From contig JBDHHQ010000012.1 in NCBI GenBank assembly GCA_039589315.1, forward strand, positions 32,001-96,000: DNA of 64,000 bases, given 5' to 3'. The notes below the pieces were generated by a model that searched no databases, was not told the DNA's origin, and worked only from the letters and a program-made list of their open reading frames with translations. This document shows, piece after piece, positions 1-10,470 of this stretch. Numbering within the stretch: position 1 is the first letter of the stretch; each line of letters opens with the position of its first letter. The translations under genes were made by a program, and so were the position numbers. This DNA comes from Gemmatimonadota bacterium (GTDB lineage: Bacteria; Gemmatimonadota; Gemmatimonadetes; Longimicrobiales; Gaopeijiaceae).

Positions 1-1450
1 GGATCGCCTCCTCCTGCTCGGGGATCGCGGGCCTGGGAAGGCTCACCCGAAACGTGAGAACCTCCTCGGGCCGCTCGAAGCCCGGATGGACGCTGCGCAG
101 CGCCTGGAAACTGCGGATCATGAGCCCCGACCCCACGAGCAGCACCAGCGCCAACGCAACCTGCGCGACCACGAGCCCGTTACGAGCACGATGTCGGTCC
201 TTCCCCGAGCTCGAGCCGCGGCCTCCTTCCTTGAGAGCCGACACGAGGTTCAGCCGCCCGTAGCGAAGGACAGGGAAAAGCCCGAATACGAACCCTGCAA
301 AGACGGACAACCCCATCGTGTACAGCAGGACCACGGCATCCAACGTGATCTCGCTCAGGCGGGGGAGATTCTCGGGAGCGATGCCTACCAGGATCCGGAT
401 GCCGCCGTAGGCCAGTGCCAAACCAGCCAACCCGCCAAGGAGGCCGAGCACCAGGCTCTCCATGAGCAGCTCTCGCGTCACCCGGGCCCGCCCTGCACCC
501 ATGGCCGTGCGCACGGCCAGCTCCCTCGTCCTTCCCTCCGATCGAACGAGAAACAGGTTCGCCACGTTGGCACACGCGATGAGCAAGACGATCGCGACGG
601 TGCCGAGCAGGACCCAGAGGTAGCGCCCCACGTCACCGACCACGTCGTCTTTGAGCGGATGGACGTCGCTGGCGAACCGTGCGTCCTGCAACATGGGCAG
701 GGTGATGCCTCCCGGGAACTTCTCCACCGACCGCGGTATCAGCCGCTCGACGTCCGCGTTCGCCTGCGCGAGCGTAGCGCCCGACTTCAGGCGGGCGATT
801 CCCTGATAGTCGAAGTTGCCGACGGAGAGCTCCGCAGGATCGAACTGAGCCGGCACCCACACGGCGGGCTCGAAGCGGAGAAAGGAGAAGTCCTTGGACA
901 GGACTCCGATGATCTCGCGGGACCGCCCGTTCACTTCCAGGGTGCGCCCCACGACGTTCGGATCCCCGCCGAGCGCCCTCTGCCAGTATCCGTGGCTGAG
1001 CATCGCAGTGAGGGGCGCGTCAGGGGCGTCGTCCTGGGGCGAGAAGATTCGTCCCAGCGCCGGTGAGGTTTCCAGCAGCGGGAAGAACCCGTCCGTCACC
1101 AGCATGACTCGGACCTGCTCCGGCTCCTCGAGGCCCGTGATGGACGCCGTACGGTTGTCCCACAAGGCGATGTCCTGGAAGATCCGACCCTCCTCGCGGT
1201 ACGTGAGGTACATGGCCGGGGACTGGTTCACCTGATCGAAGCCCAGGCCTGGCGCCGAGTGCCACACACCCACGAGCTCCTCCGGCCGCTCGAACGGAAG
1301 CGGCTTGAGGAGGATGCCGTTGACGACGGTGAAGATGGCGGAGTTCGCCCCGATCCCCAGGGCGAGGGTTGCCACCGCGGTGACCGTGAAGACCGGAGTG
1401 CGGACGAGCTTCCGGAGGACGTATCGAATCTGTTGTGTGGACCAGTCCAA
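1..1450 (-). CDS. ABC transporter permease, ADOP/MacB-FtsX duplicated type (runs off the left edge)
   Basis: Manual minus-strand translation from TTG at 1450 (GGAGG upstream): MDWSTQQIRYVLRKLVRTPVFTVTAVATLALGIGANSAIF...LLIACANVANLFLVR...RELAVRTAMGAGR...VVAQVALALVLLVGSGLMIRSF. Absent from the ORF track because it has no stop inside the window. Confidence 0.92.
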   Translation of the reverse strand, partial: MDWSTQQIRYVLRKLVRTPVFTVTAVATLALGIGANSAIFTVVNGILLKPLPFERPEELVGVWHSAPGLGFDQVNQSPAMYLTYREEGRIFQDIALWDNRTASITGLEEPEQVRVMLVTDGFFPLLETSPALGRIFSPQDDAPDAPLTAMLSHGYWQRALGGDPNVVGRTLEVNGRSREIIGVLSKDFSFLRFEPAVWVPAQFDPAELSVGNFDYQGIARLKSGATLAQANADVERLIPRSVEKFPGGITLPMLQDARFASDVHPLKDDVVGDVGRYLWVLLGTVAIVLLIACANVANLFLVRSEGRTRELAVRTAMGAGRARVTRELLMESLVLGLLGGLAGLALAYGGIRILVGIAPENLPRLSEITLDAVVLLYTMGLSVFAGFVFGLFPVLRYGRLNLVSALKEGGRGSSSGKDRHRARNGLVVAQVALALVLLVGSGLMIRSFQALRSVHPGFERPEEVLTFRVSLPRPAIPEQEEAI

Positions 1451-1803
1451 GGATTCCTCCCTTGCCCATCTTCCACCGCCGGGTGGATCCCGCCGGCCCA
1501 GGTGCCACGGACGGGGGTCCCTACGGATTCCCGATCCTGGCGGTTTCCGAGTCCGATCGAAGCGGACGGCCGCCGGCTGCCGCGCCGGGACGCCCGCTCC
1601 TTCGGTCTCCCCGTGTGGGTCGGGTCTCCTGTGGCCGGTTCGTGACGAGGGACGGGGGCCGTCAATCCGTCGGCTGGGGCAGACCCGGGCCGTGAGATCG
1701 GCAACGGCGGGACCCATGAGGCGTATTGAGAATCGTGAACGGCCGGCGCAGATTCGACCCGGCTCCCGATGATCAGGACTCCCCGCCGGAGTGCGCGAAC
1801 CTC

Positions 1804-2397
1804 ATGCTCGACCTCGACCGCGATCACCTCCGCCCCGGCCGACTGGTCCTGGTGGCCGCCCTGCTTCTGCCCTCCGTCGCCCGGAGCCAGGAGGTGCCTC
1901 GGCCGTTGATCGCCGGGCCGGACCCGGGCACGGCTTTCCTGTTCGCGGCTCCCACGGCCGCCCCCCTTCCCGAGCCGGACGTTTCGTCACTGCCCGTCTT
2001 TCCGGCTCAGGAGTCCTCGGGATGGAGCCGTCTGGCCGAGGTCGGCCCGGGGAAGGATGCCCTGGTGACCTACCGGGACGGGACGCTACGTGGAGGGGTG
2101 GTGCAGTCCGTCGAGGGGAACGAGCTGGTCATGGCGAGCGGTGGCGAGATGGTCCGCATCGCCCGGACCGATATCGCCACCGTCCAGATCAGGCGGAAGA
2201 AGGGCACCCTGGCCGGCGGCCTCATCGGGTTCGCCGTCACGGGCGTCGGCCTCACGTCCATCGTCTGCCTCACCGACGACTCCGACTGCGATTGGAGGTC
2301 CTGGACATTCGGCATCGCCCTGCTGGGGATCCCCGGCGGTCTCCTCGGCGCCCTCATCGGCAGCCAAACCGGCGGTGACATCGAGATCGTCCCCTGA
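1804..2397 (+). CDS. Hypothetical exported/membrane protein
   Basis: Signal-peptide-like N-terminus (LVLVAALLLPSVARSQ), small beta domain, C-terminal Gly-rich hydrophobic helices. Confidence 0.6.
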   Translation: MLDLDRDHLRPGRLVLVAALLLPSVARSQEVPRPLIAGPDPGTAFLFAAPTAAPLPEPDVSSLPVFPAQESSGWSRLAEVGPGKDALVTYRDGTLRGGVVQSVEGNELVMASGGEMVRIARTDIATVQIRRKKGTLAGGLIGFAVTGVGLTSIVCLTDDSDCDWRSWTFGIALLGIPGGLLGALIGSQTGGDIEIVP

Positions 2398-2405
2398 CCG
2401 GCATC

Positions 2406-2486
2406 CCCACCGGCCGCCGCAGGGCTAGGTCCGACCCAAAGCGGTAGCGCCATCGCCGCCCCAGTAATCCCACCGGCCGCCGCAGG
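2406..2486. repeat. Direct repeat CCCACCGGCCGCCGCAGG x2 (period 63 bp)
   Basis: Identical 18-mers at 2406-2423 and 2469-2486, with loosely similar flanks. Confidence 0.6.
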
Positions 2487-2762
2487 CGGGGTAGGGACCA
2501 CCTACAGCGGTGGTTCGCCCAAGAGCTCAGCGCTTCGGAAGATCGTGCGGTGACCTCGACCCCGGACCGCCCCACACCTCGCGTCCCCGACCGGGGTGGA
2601 GGGGGAGCCCGGGCCCGTCCCTCCTCCGCAGCGACTGCCGATTCGCGCGTAGCGAATCGAGCGAAGCAACCGGAAAACTATGCCCCACCAGGCAACCCAG
2701 CGGCGTAGCGCAGGAGCCCAGGAGGAGCGACACGCCCCGGCTCCCAACCCACAACCCCCGAC

Positions 2763-4016
2763 CTACCCCCCCGCGGCCATGGAATCCAGGAACTCCTGGT
2801 TCGTCTCCGTCCGCTTCATTCTATCCAGCAGGAACGTGACGGCTTCCGTGGGAGGCATGTCGGCCAGGAAGTTCCGGAGCAGGTAGACCCGGTTCAGCTC
2901 GACGTCCGACAGGAGCAGCTCTTCCTTGCGCGTGCCCGACCGGTTCAGCTCGATGGCCGGGAAGATCCGCTTGTCGGCGATGTGGCGATCCAGGACCAGC
3001 TCCATGTTTCCGGTGCCCTTGAACTCCTCGAAGATCACCTCGTCCATCCGGCTGCCCGTCTCGATGAGAGCGGTGGCGATGATGGTCAGCGATCCGCCTT
3101 CGTCGATGTTCCGCGCGGCACCGAAGAAACGCTTCGGCTTGTGCAGCGCGTTGGCGTCCACGCCACCCGAGAGGATCTTCCCGGAGTGCGGTACCGTAAC
3201 GTTGTAGGCCCGAGCCAACCGGGTGATGGAGTCCAGCAGAATCACGACGTCCTTCCCGTGCTCCACGAGCCGCTTGGCCTTCTCGAGCACCATCTCGGCC
3301 ACCTGCGTGTGCCGGTCTGCGGGCTCGTCGAAGGTCGAGCTGATCACCTCGGCATCGACGTGCTCCTCCATGTCCGTCACCTCTTCGGGGCGCTCGTCGA
3401 TGAGGAGCACGATGAGGTGGCAGTCTGGATGGTTGGCCGTGATGGAGTTGGCCACATCCTGGAGGAGCATGGTCTTCCCCGCCTTGGGCGGAGAGACGAT
3501 GAGCCCGCGCTGGCCCATCCCGATCGGCGCGATCAGGTCGACGACCCGCATGGACAACGTGCCGTCTTCCCGCTCCAGGCGAATGCGGTTCTCCGGGTAA
3601 CGCGGGCGCAGGTTGTCGAAGGCGATCCGGTGTTTGGCGTTTTCAGGGTCGTCGCCATTGACGGTCTCGACCTTGAGCAGGGCGAGGTACCGCTCGCCTT
3701 CCTTCGGAGGACGGACCTGCCCCAGCACCGTATCGCCCGTCCGCAGGTCGAACCGTTTGATCTGGGACGGACTCACGTAGATGTCGTCAGGGCCGTAGAG
3801 ATAGTTCCAGTCCTGGGAGCGGAGAAAACCGTATCCTTCTGGTAGGATCTCGAGGACACCCTCTCCCCGAAGCACCACGTCGGTGTCGAGTAGGTTCTGT
3901 TCGATGCGGAAGATGAGGTCCTGCTTACGCAGACCCGAGTAGTTGGAGATGTTCAGCTCTTCGGCAAGGTCGTGGAGCTCTCCCACGCTCTTGCTCTTCA
4001 GTTCCGCGATGTCCAC
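2763..4016 (-). CDS. rho: Transcription termination factor Rho
   Basis: [67 protein letters not shown] start at 4016 gives 417 aa. Confidence 0.98.
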   Translation of the reverse strand: MDIAELKSKSVGELHDLAEELNISNYSGLRKQDLIFRIEQNLLDTDVVLRGEGVLEILPEGYGFLRSQDWNYLYGPDDIYVSPSQIKRFDLRTGDTVLGQVRPPKEGERYLALLKVETVNGDDPENAKHRIAFDNLRPRYPENRIRLEREDGTLSMRVVDLIAPIGMGQRGLIVSPPKAGKTMLLQDVANSITANHPDCHLIVLLIDERPEEVTDMEEHVDAEVISSTFDEPADRHTQVAEMVLEKAKRLVEHGKDVVILLDSITRLARAYNVTVPHSGKILSGGVDANALHKPKRFFGAARNIDEGGSLTIIATALIETGSRMDEVIFEEFKGTGNMELVLDRHIADKRIFPAIELNRSGTRKEELLLSDVELNRVYLLRNFLADMPPTEAVTFLLDRMKRTETNQEFLDSMAAGG

Positions 4017-4402
4017 GAATCGCTCCAGATCTATCGTTGGATCCGAGGGGCCGCTCGGGGAGCGGGGAATGGGGGGCCACACGCAGGGGCGGAAGCCGCC
4101 TGATCGACGAACCGTCGGGGGGTCGTAGCGCCTGGCTGCGCGAAGTGAGTTGGCCGGACAGAGGATTCGAGCCCGATAGTAGCCCGCGTCTCCAGCACCG
4201 GTCAAGTCCCCTTCGGCGCGCTTGCGGTCCAGCGTGCAGGACTCCTCGGAGGGCCGATCTCTGCGCGATCCGGATCCGGTATTTTTCCGGCAGAGGGGAC
4301 CGGGATTCGGTCCTGGCAGACTCTCGGGAAAACCGTCCTCAGCCGTCACCCGTGAACATTCTACTGGACAAAAAGTTAGGGTAGCTGCCACTCACGCGAA
4401 TC

Positions 4403-4440
4403 TTGACATAATCCGCGTTCTTTGCAAACATTTGTTTGCA
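4403..4440. promoter_or_regulatory. AT-rich divergent promoter region: TTGACA box plus palindrome TGCAAACA-TT-TGTTTGCA
   Basis: TTGACA at 4403-4408; perfect 8-bp inverted repeat at 4423-4440, between rho and the rightward operon. Confidence 0.5.
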
Positions 4441-4475
4441 TCCATTTTTCGGAATTCCCGAGCCGGTGAAGCTGC

Positions 4476-4838
4476 ATGGCGCGACACAATCGAGAGGGCG
4501 GCGGCCAGGACCAGAAGAACGAACGATACCGCATCAGTTACCAGCCCGACTGGCTCCGGTTCGTGAAGGTGACGCGTCGCCTCGACTCGGGTCGGCAATC
4601 CACCATGACACTGTTCCGGAATCCGACCACGCGCCAGGAAGCTCCTCCGGGCGACCGGGTCCGGACGCGAGTCGTCAGCCCGGGCCAGGACCTCGACTTT
4701 TCGATCGCGGTGTCGGACCCTCACCATGCGATTCGCCGGGTTCGGGTCAGCTACGTCCTTCCCGACGAACCCGGTGGCCGACCCGAAGAGGTCGAGTTCA
4801 CCCTGGAAGGCCACCCGCCTAGAATCGCGCGGCGATAG
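4476..4838 (+). CDS. Hypothetical protein (120 aa)
   Basis: ORF with globular beta-rich composition filling the gap before mlaE. Confidence 0.5.
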   Translation: MARHNREGGGQDQKNERYRISYQPDWLRFVKVTRRLDSGRQSTMTLFRNPTTRQEAPPGDRVRTRVVSPGQDLDFSIAVSDPHHAIRRVRVSYVLPDEPGGRPEEVEFTLEGHPPRIARR

Positions 4839-4924
4839 CCGGTTCCGGTCGCGACGACGTTGGCCGAGCGCGGGCAGCGACCGGGGTACCTCAGCATTCC
4901 GGCGGTGGCTATCTTCAAACGATC

Positions 4925-5707
4925 ATGACCAGCCGGGTATCCGAGCCCTTCGCATCTGTCGGCCGCCTCACCCTCGACACCGCAGCGACCATCGGTCGCG
5001 CGGGGTTGGCTGCGATCAGGGCGTTCGGGGCCATCCGAGGGGTGGACGTGTGGGGGCGACTGTTGCTCCCCCAGATGGGAAGGATCGGGGTCGACTCCAT
5101 CCCGATCGCGCTCTTCATCGCCGTGTTCACGGGGATCGTGATGGCGCTCCAGGCCTCGTACACGTTCACCGGCGCCATTCCGCTCTACTTCGTCGGTACG
5201 CTGGTGGGCAAGACGATGATCCTCGAGCTCGGCCCCGTTCTCACCGGGCTGGCCCTGTCGGGACGCGTCGGCGCCAACATCGCCGCCGAGCTGGGGACCA
5301 TGCGCGTTACCGAGCAGGTCGACGCCCTGGAGACCCTCGCGTACGATCCGGTGGCGTACCTGGTCGTCCCGCGGGTCCTGGCTGGCACGCTCATGTTCCC
5401 GCTGGTGGTGATCCTCGCCACGAGCCTCGGGATCGCCGCCGGCTGGCTCACATCGCTCGAGCTCCTGGACATGTCGACCCCCGAGTTCATGAAGGGCCTA
5501 CGCCTGTTCTTCCAGCCGTTCGACGTCCAGTTCGCCGTCATCAAGTCCTTCTCCTTCGGCTTCACGGTGACGGCCGTCGGTTGCTACTTCGGCTTCACGA
5601 CGACTGGCGGGGCCGAGGGGGTCGGTCGCGCCACGACGCGGGCCGTGGTCGTGAGCAGCATGGTGATCCTGGTCCTGGACGCCTTCTGGGCCTGGGTGCT
5701 GTTATGA
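4925..5707 (+). CDS. mlaE: MlaE-family lipid ABC transporter permease
   Basis: ELGPVLTGLALSGRVGANIAAELGTMRVTEQVDAL, GGAEGVGRATT. Confidence 0.95.
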   Translation: MTSRVSEPFASVGRLTLDTAATIGRAGLAAIRAFGAIRGVDVWGRLLLPQMGRIGVDSIPIALFIAVFTGIVMALQASYTFTGAIPLYFVGTLVGKTMILELGPVLTGLALSGRVGANIAAELGTMRVTEQVDALETLAYDPVAYLVVPRVLAGTLMFPLVVILATSLGIAAGWLTSLELLDMSTPEFMKGLRLFFQPFDVQFAVIKSFSFGFTVTAVGCYFGFTTTGGAEGVGRATTRAVVVSSMVILVLDAFWAWVLL

Positions 5708-6462
5708 GCATCGAGTTACGCAACGTCCACAAGGCGTTCGGGGCCAAGAAGGTGCTGCAGGGATTCACCTTGAAGATCGAGGAAGGGGAGACCACCGTCG
5801 TGATCGGCCCGTCTGGCAGCGGGAAGTCGGTCATGCTCAAGCACATCGTGGGGCTTCTGACACCGGATCAGGGCGAGGTGTGGGTCGACGGATTCCGGGT
5901 CGCCGATCTGGAACGCGAGGAGTTGTACGAGCTCCGGAGGAAGGCGGGCTACGTCTTCCAGTTCGCTGCTCTCTTCGATTCGATGACGGTGGCCGAAAAC
6001 GTTGGGTTGGGACTCCGGCGCATCGAGGGCATGACGGACGAGCAGATCCGGAGGCGCGTCGACGAGTGTCTGGCGCTGGTGGATTTGGAGGGGTATCAGG
6101 AGCGTTACCCGGCCGAGCTGTCCGGTGGCCAGAAGAAACGTGCCGGCCTGGCCCGGGCCATTGCCACGAAACCTACGTACGTTCTGTATGACGAGCCCAC
6201 GACGGGCCTGGATCCCCTGACCAAGACGGTGATCGACCGACTGATCCTCCGGACCCGTGACGAGCTGGGAGTTACGGGGGTCGTGATTACGCACGACATG
6301 GAGAGCGCGTATCGTACCGGTGATCGGGTGGCCATGCTCTACGAGGGGCGGGTACGATTCGAGGGCACACCCCAAGAAATCCAGGCCGCGGCCGACCCGG
6401 TGATCCAAGCGTTCATCCGGGGACGGCCGGAGCTCCTGACTGGGGAGGAGATACGAGGGTGA
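5704..6462 (+). CDS. mlaF: MlaF-family ABC transporter ATP-binding protein
   Basis: ATG at 5704 overlaps the mlaE stop; GPSGSGKS, LSGGQKKR, YDEPTTGLDP. Confidence 0.95.
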   Translation: MSIELRNVHKAFGAKKVLQGFTLKIEEGETTVVIGPSGSGKSVMLKHIVGLLTPDQGEVWVDGFRVADLEREELYELRRKAGYVFQFAALFDSMTVAENVGLGLRRIEGMTDEQIRRRVDECLALVDLEGYQERYPAELSGGQKKRAGLARAIATKPTYVLYDEPTTGLDPLTKTVIDRLILRTRDELGVTGVVITHDMESAYRTGDRVAMLYEGRVRFEGTPQEIQAAADPVIQAFIRGRPELLTGEEIRG

Positions 6463-7451
6463 GCCGGCGAAGGGAGATTCTGGTCGGGCTGGTCGTCGTG
6501 TTGGGTATCGCGCTCGGCGTGTTCGGCACGCTGTGGCTCCAGGGAATAAGTGTGGCCCGCACGACCGTCCTCGTCGACGCCTCGTTCGAGGACGTCGGGC
6601 AGCTCATGGACGGTAACTCGGTGAAGTACCGCGGCGTGAGCATCGGCCGGGTCTCGTCCATCACCGTCGATTCCAGCGGCATGTCGGTACGGGTCGTCAT
6701 GCGGATCGCGTCCGACGTGGAGTTCCCGCAGCAGGCGGGCGCCGTCGCTTCGCCCGAATCCATGTTCGGGGACTGGCAGGTGGACATCGTAGACATGCAG
6801 GACGAGCGGTCGCGGATCTACGATTGGTACATGGGCCAGCCCGATGCCCTGCCCGGCTACGCCCTTCCGGACATGTCCGAGCTGACGCAGCAAGCCCAGG
6901 TCATCGCCGACAACGTCACCGACATCATGGAGCGCGTCGAAATCGCCTTCACCGAGGAGACGGCACAGAACGTGGCGGCCCTCATCGACAACATCGAGGG
7001 GGTCAGCGAGCAGATCGCGATTCTGGTGGACCAGCAAGCGGACGACTTCACCGAGATGACCGCGGAGCTCCGGGTCGCCGCCAACCAGGTGGGCAACGCG
7101 GCGGGTGCGGTGGAGGCCACCTTCTCACGGATGGACACGCTCCTGGGCGGTGAGAACGTGGACTCGCTGGTGACCGATCTTCAGACCGTGGCGTCCAACA
7201 TGCGGGAGGCATCCCTGGAGATGACCAACACGGCCCAGAGTCTCCAGTCGACGCTCAGCCGGGCCGATACCACGTTCGCGCACCTGAACCGTATCGCCGC
7301 ACGGATCGAGGCCGGCGAAGGCGGATTCGGGCGGCTCCTGAGCGACACCTCGCTGGTGTTGCGGGCGGAGGGTGCACTTGCCCAGCTCAACTTCTTGCTC
7401 GAAGATCTCAGGGAGAATCCGAACCGCTACTTCCGTCTGTCCATCTTCTGA
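6459..7451 (+). CDS. mlaD: MlaD/MCE-domain protein with helical extension
   Basis: N-terminal TM; FEDVGQLMDGNSVKYRGVSIGRV MCE motif; C-terminal GGFGRLLSD...DLRENPNRY. Confidence 0.92.
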   Translation: MSRRREILVGLVVVLGIALGVFGTLWLQGISVARTTVLVDASFEDVGQLMDGNSVKYRGVSIGRVSSITVDSSGMSVRVVMRIASDVEFPQQAGAVASPESMFGDWQVDIVDMQDERSRIYDWYMGQPDALPGYALPDMSELTQQAQVIADNVTDIMERVEIAFTEETAQNVAALIDNIEGVSEQIAILVDQQADDFTEMTAELRVAANQVGNAAGAVEATFSRMDTLLGGENVDSLVTDLQTVASNMREASLEMTNTAQSLQSTLSRADTTFAHLNRIAARIEAGEGGFGRLLSDTSLVLRAEGALAQLNFLLEDLRENPNRYFRLSIF

Positions 7452-7485
7452 CGCGCAGCCCCCGTCGGCCGCCAGAGACGACTCT

Positions 7486-7944
7486 GTGGCTACCAGACCC
7501 AAGGCAACGACTGAGCGTAGCGCAGGAGGCGTGGTGCTCCGCCGCATCGGCGGCGACCTCCACGTCCTTCTGATCCGAGATCCCTATCGCAACTGGGGAC
7601 TCCCGAAGGGTCACATCCTCGACGCCGAGAGGCAGAGCGAAGCGGCGCTCCGGGAAGTCCGGGAAGAGACCGGGTTGGCGGACCTGGTGCTGGGCCCGGA
7701 GCTGGGAACCATCGATTGGCACTTCCGCGCTCGGGGCCGCCTGATCCACAAGTACTGCCAATTCTTCCTCATGGGCTCCGAGCAAGGGCAGCCAGTGCCC
7801 CAGTTGACGGAAGGGATCACTGAATGCCGTTGGCTCCCCGTGGGCGAGGCGATCGACACTGTCACGTATGAGAACGCTCGCAGTGTTCTCCAGATCGCCG
7901 CGGAGCTGATTCACGACGTCGACACGCCTCCCCTCCCGCTCTAG
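7486..7944 (+). CDS. NUDIX hydrolase (Ap4A hydrolase-like)
   Basis: SAGGVV, WGLPKGH...AALREVREETGL Nudix box. Confidence 0.92.
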   Translation: MATRPKATTERSAGGVVLRRIGGDLHVLLIRDPYRNWGLPKGHILDAERQSEAALREVREETGLADLVLGPELGTIDWHFRARGRLIHKYCQFFLMGSEQGQPVPQLTEGITECRWLPVGEAIDTVTYENARSVLQIAAELIHDVDTPPLPL

Positions 7945-8107
7945 TGTGGTGCTGCAAAAGGCGTGATGCTATTCGAGAGCCGCTGCATCCCGCCCGGCGG
8001 CGTTGCGGTTCCTCACAATAGCGCTGCTATTACTCGTCTCCGCGCCTTGCCGGCTCGGGCGCATCGGCCCCCTCGGTAGCTACCAGACTTCTTCAGCACC
8101 ACACTAG
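7941..8107 (+). mobile_element. MITE-like non-autonomous element, copy 1
   Basis: 14-bp perfect terminal inverted repeats CTAGTGTGGTGCTG / CAGCACCACACTAG; near-identical inverted copy at 42702-42866. Confidence 0.85.
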
Positions 8108-8412
8108 CCCTCCGAATCGCGGCCGATCGCGGACCCGCTCATCCGCCACATCGAGGTTTCCGACTCGATGCACCGCAGCCCACGCGCCGGGACCTGGCAG
8201 GAGCGTCAGCGAGAGCCTCCGGGGGTCAGCCGTGGGGCTCTGTGGGCCAACTCCCACCCGGTGCTTGCTCCAGCCGTCAAGCCGTTTATCCTATGGAGTC
8301 TTCTCGTCGCCGACTCAGACGAGACTCCGTCTACATCGCGTGGCTTGCCCCACCACCCGGCCCGGGTTGCCGGGCGTGGTCCAGGGCGCAGGGTCACCGC
8401 TTCCGGAATTCC

Positions 8413-9417
8413 ATGACCGACGTGCGGGACATCACGATCATCGGCGGTGGTCCCACGGGCCTGTTCGCCGCGTTCTACGCAGGTATGCGCGGCATGACCG
8501 TGCGCATCGTGGATTCGCTGCCAGAGCTGGGTGGCCAGCTCACGGCCCTATATCCGGAGAAGTACATCTACGACGTGGGCGGCTTCGCCAAGGTTCTGGC
8601 CAAGGACCTAGCCACGGAGCTCATGGAGCAGGCCCTGCAGTTCGAGCCCGACGTGTGCCTCGACGAGGAGATCCGTACCGTGTCTCGGGACGGCGAGGGC
8701 TTCGTCCTGCAGGGCCGGCAGCACACCTACGCCTCCAGGTCCCTGGTCGTGGCCGGTGGAAAGGGCGCGTTCGAGCCGCGCAAGCTGGATGTGCCCGGTT
8801 ACGACGCTCTCCTCGGCCGCGGCGTCTACTACGCAGTCAAGAACCCCGATGACTACCGGGGCAAGAGGGTCCTGGTCGTTGGCGGCGGCGATTCCGCTCT
8901 CGACTGGGCACTGATCCTCAAGGACCGCGCCGAACGACTGGTCGTGGCCCACAGGCGGGAGGGCTTCCGGGCGCACGAGAAGTCGGTCCAGGATCTCCTA
9001 CGGGCCAGGGCCGCCGGTGAGCTGGAAGTGTGGGCGTTCCACGAGGTCAGGGAGATTCGCGGCGAGGACCGGGTCACGGGGGCGCTGCTGTTCGACAATC
9101 GTACCGACGAGGACGTCGAGCTCGACCTCGACCATGTACTGACCTTTCTGGGCTTCAAGCCGGACCTGGGGCCCATCAAGAACTGGGGGCTGGAGATCCA
9201 GAAGAACCGGATCCTGGTGAATCAGCTCATGGAGACCAACATCCCCGGTATCTACGCCGCGGGGGACGTCGTCCAGCACGAAGCCAAGCTGGATCTCATC
9301 GCCACCGGCTTCGCGGAAGCGGCGGTCGCGGTGAACAACGCCGTCCACTTCGTGGACCCGGCGGCTCGGGTCAACCCGGGTCACTCCACTAGCATGAAGG
9401 TGTTCACAGGCAAGTAG
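8413..9417 (+). CDS. Ferredoxin--NADP(+) reductase, TrxR-type (YumC-like)
   Basis: IIGGGPTGLFAAFYAGMRG, GGQLTALYPEKYIYDVGGF, GGGDSALDW, C-terminal PGHST; lacks CxxC. Confidence 0.9.
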   Translation: MTDVRDITIIGGGPTGLFAAFYAGMRGMTVRIVDSLPELGGQLTALYPEKYIYDVGGFAKVLAKDLATELMEQALQFEPDVCLDEEIRTVSRDGEGFVLQGRQHTYASRSLVVAGGKGAFEPRKLDVPGYDALLGRGVYYAVKNPDDYRGKRVLVVGGGDSALDWALILKDRAERLVVAHRREGFRAHEKSVQDLLRARAAGELEVWAFHEVREIRGEDRVTGALLFDNRTDEDVELDLDHVLTFLGFKPDLGPIKNWGLEIQKNRILVNQLMETNIPGIYAAGDVVQHEAKLDLIATGFAEAAVAVNNAVHFVDPAARVNPGHSTSMKVFTGK

Positions 9418-9510
9418 CGGCACTCGGCCCCGGCGGTGGGAACCCCGAGGGGTTACATGACGGGGACGACGTGTGATACGTCTACGCCAAACCCTCCAAC
9501 CGAACGGGAC

Positions 9511-10470
9511 ATGACCAAGAAGACCGAAAACGTCGTGATCATAGGCTCCGGCCCTGCCGGCTGGACGGCAGCCATCTACGCCGCCAGAGCGAATCTCGAG
9601 CCCCTCGTGTACGAGGGTATGCCGAGCAACGTGATGATCCCCGGCGGCCAGCTCATGTATACGACCGAAGTCGAGAACTACCCGGGCTTCCCGGAGGGCA
9701 TCGACGGTCAGGAGATGATGCTGGCCATGCGCGCCCAGGCCGAGCGGTTCGGCACGCGCATCATCACGGAGGACGTTGCCGAGGTGGACTTCTCCGGGGA
9801 CCCGAAACGGCTCACGGCCAGCGACGGTGACGAGGTCCTCGCCCGGAGCGTCATCATCGCCACAGGCGCCCGGGCGAACTGGTTGGGACTGGAGAACGAG
9901 ACGAGGTTGGCGAGGAGCGGGGGTGGCGTATCGGCCTGCGCGGTCTGCGATGGTGCGCTGCCCGCGTTCCGCAACCAGCCACTGGTGGTCGTCGGCGGCG
10001 GCGACAGCGCCATGACCGAAGCCGAGCACCTCGCCAAGTACGCCAGCGACGTGATCGTCGTGCATCGTCGAGACGCGTTGCGGGCGTCGAAGATGCTGGC
10101 GGATCGGGTGCTGGCGCTCCCCAAGGTGCGGGTGGAGTGGAACAGCCAGGTAGTGGACGTCCTGGGCGAAGACTACGTGACCGGCGTGCAGCTCGAGGAC
10201 ACGCGTAGCGGAGACCGGAAGGCGGTGGACGCCGCGGGGATGTTCCTCGCAATCGGGCACACGCCGAACACCGCCTTCCTCGGAGACGCCGTCGAGCTCA
10301 GGTCCAACGGATACATCGCCGTCGATTCGGGATCCACGCGGACGAGCGTCCCGGGAGTGTTCGGGGCCGGTGACGTGATCGACGATCACTACCGCCAGGC
10401 CGTGACCGCTGCCTCCACCGGATGTATGGCAGCTCTGGACGCGGAGCAGTGGTTGGCTGAGCAAGGGTGA
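9511..10470 (+). CDS. trxB: Thioredoxin-disulfide reductase
   Basis: IIGSGPAGWTAAIY, GGQLMYTTEVENYPGF, SACAVCDG, YRQAVTAA. Confidence 0.96.
   Translation: MTKKTENVVIIGSGPAGWTAAIYAARANLEPLVYEGMPSNVMIPGGQLMYTTEVENYPGFPEGIDGQEMMLAMRAQAERFGTRIITEDVAEVDFSGDPKRLTASDGDEVLARSVIIATGARANWLGLENETRLARSGGGVSACAVCDGALPAFRNQPLVVVGGGDSAMTEAEHLAKYASDVIVVHRRDALRASKMLADRVLALPKVRVEWNSQVVDVLGEDYVTGVQLEDTRSGDRKAVDAAGMFLAIGHTPNTAFLGDAVELRSNGYIAVDSGSTRTSVPGVFGAGDVIDDHYRQAVTAASTGCMAALDAEQWLAEQG

Noticed and set aside
2406..2486. Direct repeats as a mini-CRISPR
   Set aside because: Only two 18-bp units, similar flanks instead of a unique spacer, and no cas genes.
4017..4391. 125-aa N-terminal extension of Rho in the ORF track
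   Set aside because: Rho homology begins at VDIAELK (GTG 4016); the extension is low-complexity read-through of the leader region.
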